DNA of 64,000 nt, from assembly GCA_017499595.2 (NCBI GenBank), contig CM039002.1, forward strand, positions 2,666,001 through 2,730,000, in the 5' to 3' direction. The position numbers and the translations under genes are program-made. Each line of letters starts with the position of its first letter. Within the stretch, counting starts at the first letter, position 1. Origin of the DNA: Psilocybe cubensis (Eukaryota). Below are positions 52,360-64,000 of the stretch, piece after piece. The notes beneath the pieces are model-generated. The model was not told the origin of the DNA, did no database searches, and saw only the letters and a program-made list of their open reading frames with translations.

Positions 52360-54044
52360 CGGAAAGTACGGCCCACCCAAAGTAAGCAAGAGAATAATTG
52401 ATGAAACGGTACGCGATAGCTAAAATATTCAATCTATATTACAGTATCATATCCATTATCCTTTGTCCCAGCTTATTCGCCCTTTTGAAAGCTACTTGAC
52501 AGTATGCCGTTGGCCGACCGTGGTCTATATTGCTTAAGAAACCTCCAAGGTCACTTCATTAGAGAGGGTCATTGGATTTGTTTGCGAGCCCCTACACCGA
52601 CATCTGCTGGTTATCAAAGCAAGCAACCAAAAAAATAACGCCGAATATTACCATTCATTTACCCTCAAATAGTGCACACCGTATCTGTTCAACGTCGTTA
52701 TCCCCTAATCGCAACATTACTTGGTACTGGACTCGCCATTTGTCATCGTGTTCGAGATCCCATCCACGCCAATCCTGCGTACAATTAAATGGTATGCCTG
52801 CCGCGAGCGACTTTACTGGAGGCGATTTACATTAACCGTCTCGTTACCCTCCAGTTCCCTTTCATTATATCATTCCAAGGGCGAGACTGTCTTAGCTGGC
52901 ATAGCTAACTCTGCCTTTCGTTTTCCCCTTGCCACCCTTTCGAGATTCACCCTTCGTTGTATCGGTGCTAATTATCAAACAACGTCACCTCTATCCAGAA
53001 AGCGCTTATGAGAGTTCGCCCAAATTACTTTGAACGCGCCTCCAATCGCTCTAACGACACCCAAAGGAATACCGCGTTGTGAACCTCGTCCTAATCGCGA
53101 AAATCTTTCCGATTCCACGGCCACAAACACATGTGCCTACCAAAGGTGCCAAACGTCTATGTCGTCGGAGACACTTTCGAGGCATGATGACCATTGTCAT
53201 TCAGGTGACTCTTGAGTCTGTTTCTCATTAGGTCTTGACGCTAACACAATTTCAGGACATCTTTAAGATGTAAATAATGGCCTTTTTCAAACGCCAGAAG
53301 ATGTTTTAGGCTTTATTCAACGTCGCCTCTGCCGTTGCTATCTGGAGCTGCTGCAATAAAAACTCGACGGAGCTCTGGTTTCGTGACCTCTTCTAACACA
53401 TTGTCAGAAGGTCATGAGTTAGACTTTTGTCCGATTATCGCACGATGCTCTCCCTGGCTCCGATCTTGAGCTGCGTTCTACTGCAAGAAGAATAAAAGTC
53501 CTACGAATTGCTTTCGCAACGTGCATCTACTCAAACGGATGCTTTGATGGCCGAACGATATATCACCTTTGACCCTGCCACATGGTAACTATTACTGTCG
53601 CCGAGTTCGACAAGCAATACACCCATTGCAAAAGTGTATAGCTATCTATGGTCACTAAAACATTTCCATCCTTCCGACTCAGTTTCAATAATTGGTCTCA
53701 CGGGAGGTTGAGTTTGCGAATATCTTCTGGGCCTGTTTTTTCCCTCCGACATATCTGTATGACGTTTTGAGAAAAATAAAACTGCCTATGTCAGAAACAC
53801 GTCTTGTTTGTTTTCTTCCCAAGGCAACCAACAAACCAAGATAGTTGAACTACCTCTTCTGGAGCGTGTTTATGCGCACAGGTCTGAACACGAAGCACAG
53901 CCTGATAGAGCAGCTTCTGAAATTGAAAGCTGGAGATAATGAGTTAACCTTAATCATTAATTTTAGGGAGCATTACATAGTGACAACTCTGAATTCTATG
54001 CCTTTGGATTAGAAACGAAATTTGACTGCATATTCCTGTAGGCG

Positions 54045-55433
54045 TTATTCTGTCAAGGAGACTGTCCGAGTCTCCTTGATTTTCCATCCTCTATTTCCAA
54101 AGTATCTGAAGCCCATGTTATTAGGACAGCGTCTGATTGTGTGGCAAAAGGGCGGACCTTTCTGAGTCAAATACCCATTCTTCATTCCCACGAACCCAGT
54201 TACCTGTACCAACAACTGTCAGAAGATTGCTAATTAAGATGTCACTAACGGAAGACTCAACCAAGTCCATCAACGTATGCCTCAATCTGATGGTTTATTT
54301 CTTCTCCAAAATCTGGGAAATTGACCTTCATCTTCACTTCGTCGCGGAGCTTCAGAAAATTATTTGCTATCTCTTGGTGGATATCGCAGATCCAATTGAC
54401 TGCATCTTGAACGTTGACATTGTGGTGGTGCATCACGACTGTGACAGCGTTGTAGTCTGCGTCATCGGCAAGAAACTCCTTCTTGTAAGATGCAATGTCC
54501 TAACATAACGTTTTGGTCAGTTGTAAGAATATTTAAGGATCTTTGACAGATAAATACATTGAAAAGAAGTATCATATCTGTGGTGTCTTTTTGGAGCTGA
54601 ACGATAGTAGGGTGCTCCATGATCTCATGTGGAATGTCTAGGTTGAGAGACATCTCCAAAAATGCGAAGCAAGGGTAGGAACCAATGTTATCGCGTCTGG
54701 CGGCCATATACTCGTCGAAAGTGCAGATATAACGGGAATTGTTGCGTCGAGAAGCTTGAATAATGATTGAATCGACATAGGACTTCCAGGAGAGCATAAA
54801 ACGTTCTCGAGTAGTGTGTGAAGCGTGAACCATTGCACCCTGCCAGAATCTGAAATCGTCATGAATATTTTCCGCTATACAGTTTACTAAGTATCAGTCT
54901 AAAGACGAAACTCACTGGCGTGCAATTTTACCAATGAGTGGATCACTATCGGCTCTTGGCCTGTCGGGATTGAAAATGGCATCAATTGAAACTTCGCAAA
55001 GTAATTGGGTATCCTCGACGCTTGTAACATCGGTATATTCATCAAGCACAAAAAATGTGTTCATCAGGTCGCAGTAGCTTCGCAAGAGGTCTGGATTGTT
55101 GCAAACTGTTAGCTATTAAAGCTACGAATTTCGAACCGAAATTACCATATGATGCGTGCGGGATTGTCAATGCTCCAATCAAACCTGACATTTATTCGTT
55201 GGTTAGACAGACAATTCATAAGATTGACATGAAGTCTTTGATAACATACTAAAATCACATTTGTCAAAAGCGATTTGTGCCTCAGGAGAGAATGGTCGGA
55301 ATCCTTCCAACCATTTCACGGACTGTTCTTGTGCCGCACGGTAGTATGGGTTTATCATGCGCTTGTATGGCCACTCCCGTAGAACGTCAGGAATCAAGTA
55401 ACATGAAGCTTTCAGAGTCGCTGTAGAGGCCAT
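54045..55433 (-). CDS. Class I sesquiterpene synthase
   Basis: WPYKRMINP, DLMNTFFVLDEYTD (DExxD), RRDNIG (pyrophosphate-sensor Arg), N|DIASYKKE (NSE), NWVRGNEEWVFDSER|YFG (RY). Confidence 0.93.
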
Positions 55434-56784
55434 GATCGATAAGATGGGTACTGAAGGAAAATATTCACTTGCTTGAGGCTTTTATGATAAATGCAATGAC
55501 AGAGCAAATCCAAAATTATGCAAAACTCATGTTTAATATGCACTAGTCTGAGGAAGTGGTGCTCAAAGTCCTAAATTCTGCTTTCTCAGTGCACTGAAGT
55601 CTAATTCGGAATATTATCGTTATCGTTCCACTGTCAAGATTTGTTTCTGGGGCAGTGTTCGATTTACGGTCGGGATGAAGACCGTTCCGACAACTATAGT
55701 GTTTTGTTGCCCGTTTACCTGTCCATGATAAGTAATATACTACGAAGGGCTTTCAGTCTCTTAAACGGTGAATAACTCCAAGATATACATCCTTGATAAC
55801 AGTTTGGAGTGTACAAGGACACTTTTGACCTCTTAATATTGTACCCCAGTGCTCCCACCAATGAAACCTTGAGAAATTTGTTCTGCTATTCCATGCACTG
55901 GCAGGAGACTACTACTTACCTTCCGCTGGCCACGGTATGTACAGCCTATGCCAATCGCCTCCGACTTAAAGAGCGAGTAAAGGGTACTAAGCGGACAGCC
56001 CAACCAGACTAGCTGAAAATTTATGTGGATTTTGAGCACATGAGCGTGGGGCCTCGGCCTCAGGCCTCAGGGTGTGTCTAGACCCAGGAAGCTCCCATGC
56101 ATGCATGTCCGACTCCGTGGGTTTGAGGCCTATAAATGTGATATTTTTGATTCTAGGCTAAAAAAATGGCAAAGCATTAGTCCGAGTTGTTATTAATACT
56201 TTGGAAAAATCGTGCAATGATAACCAGTAATTTGAAGACGTACTATGGGTTAAATTTGTACATGGTAACAAGATAATCGAAAAAATACTAGTGCAGCCTG
56301 TTATGACTCCGACCTGTCACCGAGCCATATGACAGTAAGCTGCCCATCGGGTGAGACTTGAGAGCGTCGGAGGCCGTTTTGAACGCTGGTCATGCCGATT
56401 TCACACGGTCATAACGGGTCGCTGCAGGTCGCTGCATTTAGGCGCCAGGCTACAGGATGCGACACCTATGGAAGCTCCAAATTGCATATTCCCAAATAAT
56501 ATATCTCTTCCATGGGCTAAATGACACTCGAATCAAATTGAGAGTGCTGCTGTGGATGCACAACTATGCGTAAAATGATATAAAAAGATAATCGGACAAT
56601 ATTCTCACAGCTATCGTGGAGCTATATCATTCAGCGTCATGTCAGGTCATTTTATGTACCCTGTGTAGGACATTGAACAGACAGCAACAAGATCAAAAAT
56701 TAAACCACAGCTTTTCGACATTCCTTACAAGAAGTCATTTAGCACCATCGCCTCAGTGCAACACCGCGCTTGAACCCCCGCATC

Positions 56785-57417
56785 ATGGTACGCCGCCTGT
56801 TGGACACCGTTGACCGCTACAACTAGATTAACACTACAAAACTCCAGTCTACCTCGAACCACTTGCAAAGAGACGATGCACCCATCACTATCCGCACTCG
56901 AAAAATGCTCACGAACCGACTTCTTGGCCGGCGTCAATGTATAATAGACGTTGATCATCCATCCCGCCCGAATGTCCCTCGATCCGTTCTAGCTTCTAAA
57001 ATTGCTTATCTATACAAGACCGAGAGCACTCGTGTGGCTGTTTTTGGAATGAGGATTATAATGGGAGGCGGGCGGTCGACGGGATACGCATTGATATATG
57101 ACAGCGAAGACCTACAGAGGAGATACGAGCCAAAGTACAGGCTTATGAGAGTACGTGGCTCGTGTTATTCTTGTGCTGCCTTTTGGAGTGATTTGTTTAG
57201 TCTGATTTCAATGCTGTGTTCTTCATCTCAGTCTGGATTACTGGCTAAACAACGACCAGTGGGACATCATCTACGGGGGGTGCGTTATATTATATATATA
57301 TATGCTGTACATGTCCAATTGAAATATACCCCTTAGTATTATAAGAAAATGGCCAGAACGGCGAGAAAGCGACGAAAGATAGACGCAAAAAAGACACGAC
57401 GGGCTCAGAACAGGTAG
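56785..57417 (+). CDS. RPS24: Divergent 40S ribosomal protein eS24 paralog
   Basis: ATG|intron|...PITIRTRKMLTNRLLGRRQCIIDVDHPSRPNV...VFGMRIIMGGGRSTGYALIYDS...YEPKYRLMR. Basic C-terminus. Three GT-AG introns. Confidence 0.85.
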
Positions 57418-58584
57418 AGGTGTGCAGGCGTGTCTTTCTTCAAATTTAGGTTAGCTCCTGTATTCCGCTTTTGTTGATATGATTGTTGACATTGTAAATG
57501 GTCAATTAGAGGACATAAATTCTTTAAGGGTTGAACCTATGGTACCGACAGATCTCACAGAGATATCTAGTAGTAGTAGTAGTAGCCGACTCAGCTAGTA
57601 GACAAACAATCCAACCGACTTACGGAGCCGCAGTATCTTGCGTATATTAAATTTAGACTTGTATATTTAGTGATACTTTAGTATACGGTGGGAGTACTTG
57701 CCGGGTTTTAATCTTGGTTCTAGTTCATTCTTTGTCAAGCTGTTCAGCTCTTAGCACACGGAGCATCTACGGAAGGCAAAAGGAAAAGATTTTTAAATGA
57801 AGGGACAATGACATAGGAATGATTAGGAGTCGCATATCGGCGGAGGAAAGTACAATGCCACTGGCAGGCGGTTGCAGCCTGGGTGTTTCTTGTTGATTGA
57901 CCCCTAGAAAATTCATCACGGTAAACCAATCATTTCCATAGCTTTTCCAACCGGACGATTCTGTGCAAAAAATGGTAGAATACCTTCAATGCGAACCTAA
58001 GTGGATACTGGAAACCCAAGCACAAGCATGTCCTCCTGGTACACATCCTCCTCAAATTGAGATAAGATTAGATCCTCGCCTTCGATTGGAGTAGAAAGAT
58101 CACGATCGCGAGCGCATGCACGATCATGTGCGCACGCCCCGCCCCGTCATCACCCAAACGCCGCCCCAAACGTCCAACTGGCAAGTGGCACCGACGTAAC
58201 GACCCTCCTAACGAGCAAAGTCAAACTGGACTGGCAGCCTGCCAAGTTCCGGATCCCCATTACCCGTAACCCGCAACTTGCAACTTGCAAACTCGAGGTC
58301 TTTTTTCATGCTTTTCTGTTGACTTACTGTGCTTTTGAAGCTGTTTTGAAGCATTTGTCGTTAGGGTGCTTTTTTGTTGCACAGGAGACTTGGTTCCTGC
58401 TGAGCAAGTTGTTGCCTACATACGGCGCTACAGGTTCAAGGCTCGCAATACGCAGCCGTATCATCTCATACCTCGCTTTTTCACTACCACATTTGCAAAA
58501 CTACACCGAACCTGACACACCACTTTTCATCGACATCATCGATTCAGATACCCCCCATCCCCAATCCACATTCCACATTTCACA

Positions 58585-61500
58585 ATGCCTCCAAACAGAA
58601 GCCCCCCAACCGCTGCTCCTACACCCTCCGCATCCGCATCTGGATCTTCCACCCAACCCCCCGCGCCTCCCCCGCTCCCACTGCACCTCGATCCCCCAGA
58701 GCAAGAAGAAGACATCGGCGACTTGAGCCCATACATTGGTTTTCCCTCTTCTTCTACAACAGCAAGCACCGCCAGTCTCAGTTCAGCCGGGAGCGTGTCA
58801 ACTGCCGGAAGCGCGAGGTGGAAAGGGGGGTTGGGTGGGAGCCGAGAAACAGAAACGCACGGACGCGGATTCGGGTATGGGTACGGGTACAGTGTGTTCG
58901 GAGATGAGGATGGAGATGGAGAGGAGGCCGAGGGGTATGTTCCGGGAGACGGAGAGACGCAGACGCCGCGGAGGGCAACGTTCGTGCCCCCTAAAACGAC
59001 GACGACGGTGATGAAAGAACAACACTCGCAGCATTCACAAAAGCCGGTTCAGCACAACCCGTCTACATCTACGCCGCCACCACCTCCGCGACACGATGAG
59101 CAGCGGCACCCGCGCAAAATGCATACAGAGCTGCAGGCGCTCTCGTTAGACGTTGATTCAGCTGCAGTAGTCAAAATGCGGCGGTGGATACTGGGCATCG
59201 CAATAGGTAAGTCGCTTTTCGAATCAACAGGGTGCCCCAAACTTTGGTATCAAAAAAACTTTGAAGTCGGGAAAGAGAAATTTTTTGGAACTCTGTCTTT
59301 TTTTCAAGTATGATTGATGCGTTTTGCGTTGTGATTCATGACAGTGGAATTCGACCTGGACACGGGCCCCGTTGTCGATGGGGTGTATCCGCCGCTGGCG
59401 CTGCTCCCCGCGGAGGCTGAGAATATGTGCGTCGGCTTTTGCACTTTTCGTGTTTCGTGTTCTGTGTTTCACGGCTTGCGCTCCTGCATATTTGCCAGAA
59501 AAATATATATTGGTATTTATGTTTCCTGTTCATTTTTGACATATTTTCCTGGAACATAGACTCCAGGGTTGCCTAATCAGGGAACCACGAAGTCTATATA
59601 CCTTAAAAATACGTCGAAAACGAACAGGAAACATAACTGCCAATACATATTTTGCTGGCAAATATGTATGAGCACCAGCGGTGCAAGCCATGATAATTAT
59701 TTCCCCCTGCAAGTGATATTATTGACTAATTTTTTCCTGTAGCGCGTTCTGCGCGCTCCCTGATTCGTTGCAATTTGACCAGGGATCGCAGACGCATTCC
59801 TTCCGAGTGCGTGCCCAGGCAAGGAATAAACCGGAGGATACTACAAACCCAGACTCGTACCCACCGACAACGCTAGACGGTTTCATATACGGCTTTTCGC
59901 ATTTCGTGCAAAGGCGAGATGCTAGTGCAAAGCGCGGGTACCACCAGGTGCGTTAGTCTCCGCTTTTCTCAGCTCCGCTCGTCATGCTCATTGCTGTTAT
60001 TCTCCGTCAAACGTGCGCGTAGCGCGCTGTTGTGATTTTGACGCAGCACGCCTACCCGGCGTTGTTCACTGTGCTCGTGGCGCTCTTTGGCCCGCTATTT
60101 GAGAAGCACGGGACGCCGATGCTGGAGGCGGCGTGCCACAATATTGCGACATGGTATGTCATTTGTTTGGCTCACCATCCGTGCTGGCGCCGGCTGCTGT
60201 ATGTTGAACATTCATCAGTCATATACATGTCCGCTATAAGTTCATACAAATGAACTTATAGAAGTCATGTAGAGATTGCTTCTTGTCCAACGTACCGCAT
60301 TCGGCGCCAGTAGTATCGCCTGTATAATTTCATGTGCTGACGATCACGCCGAAATCACGACAAGCCAGGCCACCCCCGCTACCTGGCACGACTCCTGAGC
60401 TCGGGTTCCTGGGTACCGTGCTCCCCGTCGAAATCCCCCATTCACAGGACGCCCAGCAGGTCGCGGAGACGTCGAGTTTCGGGGAAAGGTACGATGTCCG
60501 GGCGCACGTGGGTATTTTATCCTTTTTTCTGCTTTCCCCCCAATACCAATTCCACTCCCGCTCATATCCCGATTTATCTTTATTAACTTACCATTTCCCT
60601 CCAAAAAATAGATTCTCGCAACCCTCCCTCCCTTCAATCCTCCCCCGCTTTATCTCTTCGAAGCCTCTCTGTCGCATTTGTGGTCTATTTGGGAATGTTT
60701 AGTTTTGTGTGAGCCAATTCTCATTTTTGGAGCAAGTCCGGCAGAGACAAGCCAGGCGGTGTGGTGGCTGAGGGATTTGGTTCGACCTGTGAGTTCCTTT
60801 AATAAAATTTAGTTTTTCTATCCTTTCTTTTATTAGCTTGATTTTTCTGTTTTGACTTTGGTTCTTTTTATCGTTTCGGTAGATTCCCCTAGCAGGGGAC
60901 ATCCGGCCATACTTCACGATGCAAGACGCGGACCACAGCCAGCTCGTGAACCGATTACCGCCTAAACCGGGCCTGCTACTTGGTGTGACCAACCCATTCT
61001 TCGAAAGGTCGTGTGCACACTGGCCGCACGTGCTGAGTTTGGGCAGGGAGAGGAGGTGAGCTATTGTTCACCTCATTTTTTATTTGGTACGGCTGTGATG
61101 CGAGGATGATTCAACCAGCACATCTTCAACCTCTCCGAAGCAGAAATCTCCAACGCTCGGTGCGCCTGCGGGACCGCCGCCCGGGTGGACTACAAAAACT
61201 CACAAAAGGTATATTTCGAAAGACCGGGCGCTGTTGAAGAAGCTGGAGGGGGTATTCAAACGGGGCGGTGGAGGGAATGGCGGGGGGATGGTGGTGGGGG
61301 AAAGGGAAAGTGAGTTTTGTCGTTTTCGATTTCGGTTTGGGTTTATATACCCTCCCCTTCCTCGCTTTGGCGCTGTTTGGATTTGTGTCGGTGTGTGTTC
61401 GAGGCTCCCTCGGGCGCTACCGCTTGCTACGCCCATATTTGGCCGTGCTTTGTCTCAGTGGGGCGCCAGGGAACCGTAATTGCTAATTATATGCGCATAT

Positions 61501-62949
61501 ATGCGCCCCATATTTGGCCGCGCTTTGTCTGTGGGGTCCAGGGGAACGCTAATGGTTGAAAATTGGTGGATATATGCGCGTTTATTCCCGTTTTCTTACC
61601 TTTTTTCCATTGCCTCTCCGCTGCACGTCGATCCCCATTGTCGCTATACAGCTTCTTCATTGACTGAGCAATCCCCTCGCTGTGGGACATTTCCCTTGGA
61701 CATTGCCCGTTTTCTTTTCGCAAAATTTTCCTCTGTGTGCGCTTTTACTTTGTTTTTGTGGCCAGCTCACGCCTGGTGGGGAAAAAAGGTTCATAATGTC
61801 GAATATATGCGCATATATGCGCTATACGAACGTCATTTTATCCTTCCCCGCTCGTTTTCTTTCTCTTTTCTCACTCTAAATGTCGTTGGCGTTGTGCTTT
61901 TTCAATCAAACCTCTCGCGATCTGAATTATCGTGACATATACTGACTCACCGACTTCATTTTTCAGGAATCGAAGCATCTCTAATGCTTCGCAAACACTT
62001 TTGTACGCGCTCAATGCAGCTTATCACCCCGCTCGCGCGGTACCTTAACACACTCATACCTTCACCTGACGAGGTGCACGGGCATCGCGCAGCTGTAGCA
62101 GCTGGGCACGCACATACACGTACCCAACAAAACCCCGCATCCAAGCAACCACAAACGTGGAGCGCAGGATCAGGGCTACGATATTTAGCGTCGACGGCCT
62201 CGTTACCTGCACCCGCCAGGGGTGGAACGTCGTCGCAGTCGCAGTCACCCTCGCCATCGCTTTCGTCTACACCCTCCCCGGCCAACTCTACGGGGAGCTC
62301 GCCTGTCCCGAGTTTCAGGTCTGTCAATCTGACGAGCATGTCGAGTAGTAGCACGAGTACCACTCTCAATGCGGCTACAGCTAACGCTAGAGCCGGTATC
62401 TCTGCTTCTACTTCTTCTGCTTCTACTTCTGCGTCTGGGTCGGGTTCTGGAGCCAATGCTAACGGCAATGCATTAAAAGCTGCGCCTACCCCCCTCCTGC
62501 GTCTCAAACCCTTCAACTCCGCAGCCTTCCTCGCCTCACTCAAGACTTACGGTGGAGGCGTTGGAGGTCTCGGATCCGGGATGGTAGGCAAAAGCGGAGG
62601 CGCGGGAGGCGCACTCGGCGGTGTAGGCTCATTATTACCATTTAAAAGTGCAAGTAAACGAATCGAATTTTACGAACGGTGAGTTTTCGTTTTTTTCGCC
62701 TGTCTGACTGTCTGTCGTTTTCAATTTCCCGACATACATTTTATTTTACCAAATTGACATTGACGCGAGAGCTGACTTTTCCTCCTGCGATGTAATGCAT
62801 GTAGATGGCTTAAATCCCCTGCGTTCGCGACGTGGCTTGCGCAGCAGGAGCAGATTGTGTTGAATGTGTTGAATGAGCCTGCTCCGTCAGGCACAACTTC
62901 GATTCCGGGTTCTTCTCGCGCTCCCAAGGCCAACTCATCACAGCCATAA
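58585..62949 (+). CDS. DENND6: DENND6-like (uDENN/DENN) Rab GEF
   Basis: WILGIAI|VEFDLDTGP...YPP...AFCALPDS, YGFSHFVQRRDASAKRGYHQ|RAVVILT, LWSIWECLVLCEPIL, DIRPYFTMQD, LLLGVTNPFF. Ends WLKSPAFATWL...SQP*. Confidence 0.85.
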
Positions 62950-64000
62950 CAAAGGTGATCATCTTAATCCTCCCAGGGCTCCCAAGATAATGTTTCTACA
63001 CTCTTTCTTCGACTCGTTCATGTTTCATATTTCATCTTCACATTCATCACTCTTGCTTTATTTGTTTTCGGATGCCTATGGTCGGCGATACCGTAGTGAC
63101 TTTTTGCATTTCAATGTTTGGTGGCTCATCGAGATCATTGGGCTGTCTATGTACGTTTCTTTTTTTCATGTGGAGATCCGTAGAGTCAGGTGGAAGGTAT
63201 ACCGGTGTATATAGTAGATCCCGATTTTTTTTACGATATTAGTTCATTCGGTTACAAATACAATTTAGGGTTATGGTTTATTAGGGCATCATGCCAAGTA
63301 CATAATCGTGCCAAGCACATATGCATGAGTGCAACCCAGCGAACAAAGAGATTTCAGCGCAACCAACAATTGCGCAGTGATTGATATGCGACTATATACC
63401 TCTCCTCGCGCCAAAACTGTTTTTCTTGGGCTCCCAGTCGTTAGTTATAACTCGTAAAGCTACTTGAAGATTGGGGTGGAATACTACTTGAATCCTCAAC
63501 ACTGACTAATAAATCCGAAATCCGGATTCAAGTGAAATCCGGGTTTTTTTAAGCAAGCTATAAAACCTAACATGGTAAATCGCGAGTTACCCAACTTGGA
63601 TTAATTAGTATTTACATATGCTTTAATGCATTGTCACTTGTATATCTGCTCTATAATTGGACTTTCGGATATATTTGGTCGGATGGATTGTTGGCGCTTC
63701 GACAATCGAGAGTCGAAGGCACCAATGTGGGTGCGTATCGGAGTTCCGAATTTCATTTGCGTTTACGTTGGTGGTTGAAAGGTATGGGAAAAAGTAGATA
63801 TGTGTGTGGTAAACAGGCATACCACCTGGACAGCGTCCGCGCGGGCTGGGTCTCCACAAAGAACCTTCTAAGGGGCAGACGAAACTTGAGGCTTGCTGTG
63901 TTCAGCGCGGACGTTGGTCTAATCCGAATAAAACTAATACAGTATGTGGCTCGGGAGCTGTTTCTGCCGGAGCATGATCGAGCCAAACTTTCGCAAACTT

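Noticed and set aside
1-64000. Prokaryotic features (CRISPR arrays, operons), rRNA and tRNA genes
   Set aside because: The sequence is spliced eukaryotic DNA. No repeat-spacer array or RNA-gene signature was seen by eye.

Overview
Intron-rich fungal DNA, most likely from an agaricomycete basidiomycete (inferred from ~50-60 nt GT-AG introns and the gene families present). It holds about 22 gene models: four MFS transporters, a CPSF6/CFIm68-like RRM protein, a subtilisin with no signal peptide, an FHA-domain kinase, five DUF6533-type multi-pass membrane paralogs, SPT2, a secreted Ser/Thr/Ala-rich protein, a DM9 + H-type lectin protein, a Cys/His-motif protein, a sesquiterpene synthase, a divergent eS24 paralog and a DENND6-like protein. 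The main finding is a complete 6,909-bp DNA transposon (40585-47493). It has 46-bp TIRs (TAT...ATA), a 6-bp TSD (CTACTG) and an integrase-type DDE transposase, consistent with IS3EU. It also carries an apparently intact, spliced alpha-kinase gene with an N-terminal zinc finger. The element sits in the last exon of a DUF6533 paralog and replaces that protein's C-terminal tail. Also notable are a 2-nt microexon conserved in all five DUF6533 paralogs, a promoter motif they share, and a 148-bp MITE with a 9-bp TSD. Gene spans come from manual splicing, and family calls come from remembered motifs, not database searches.
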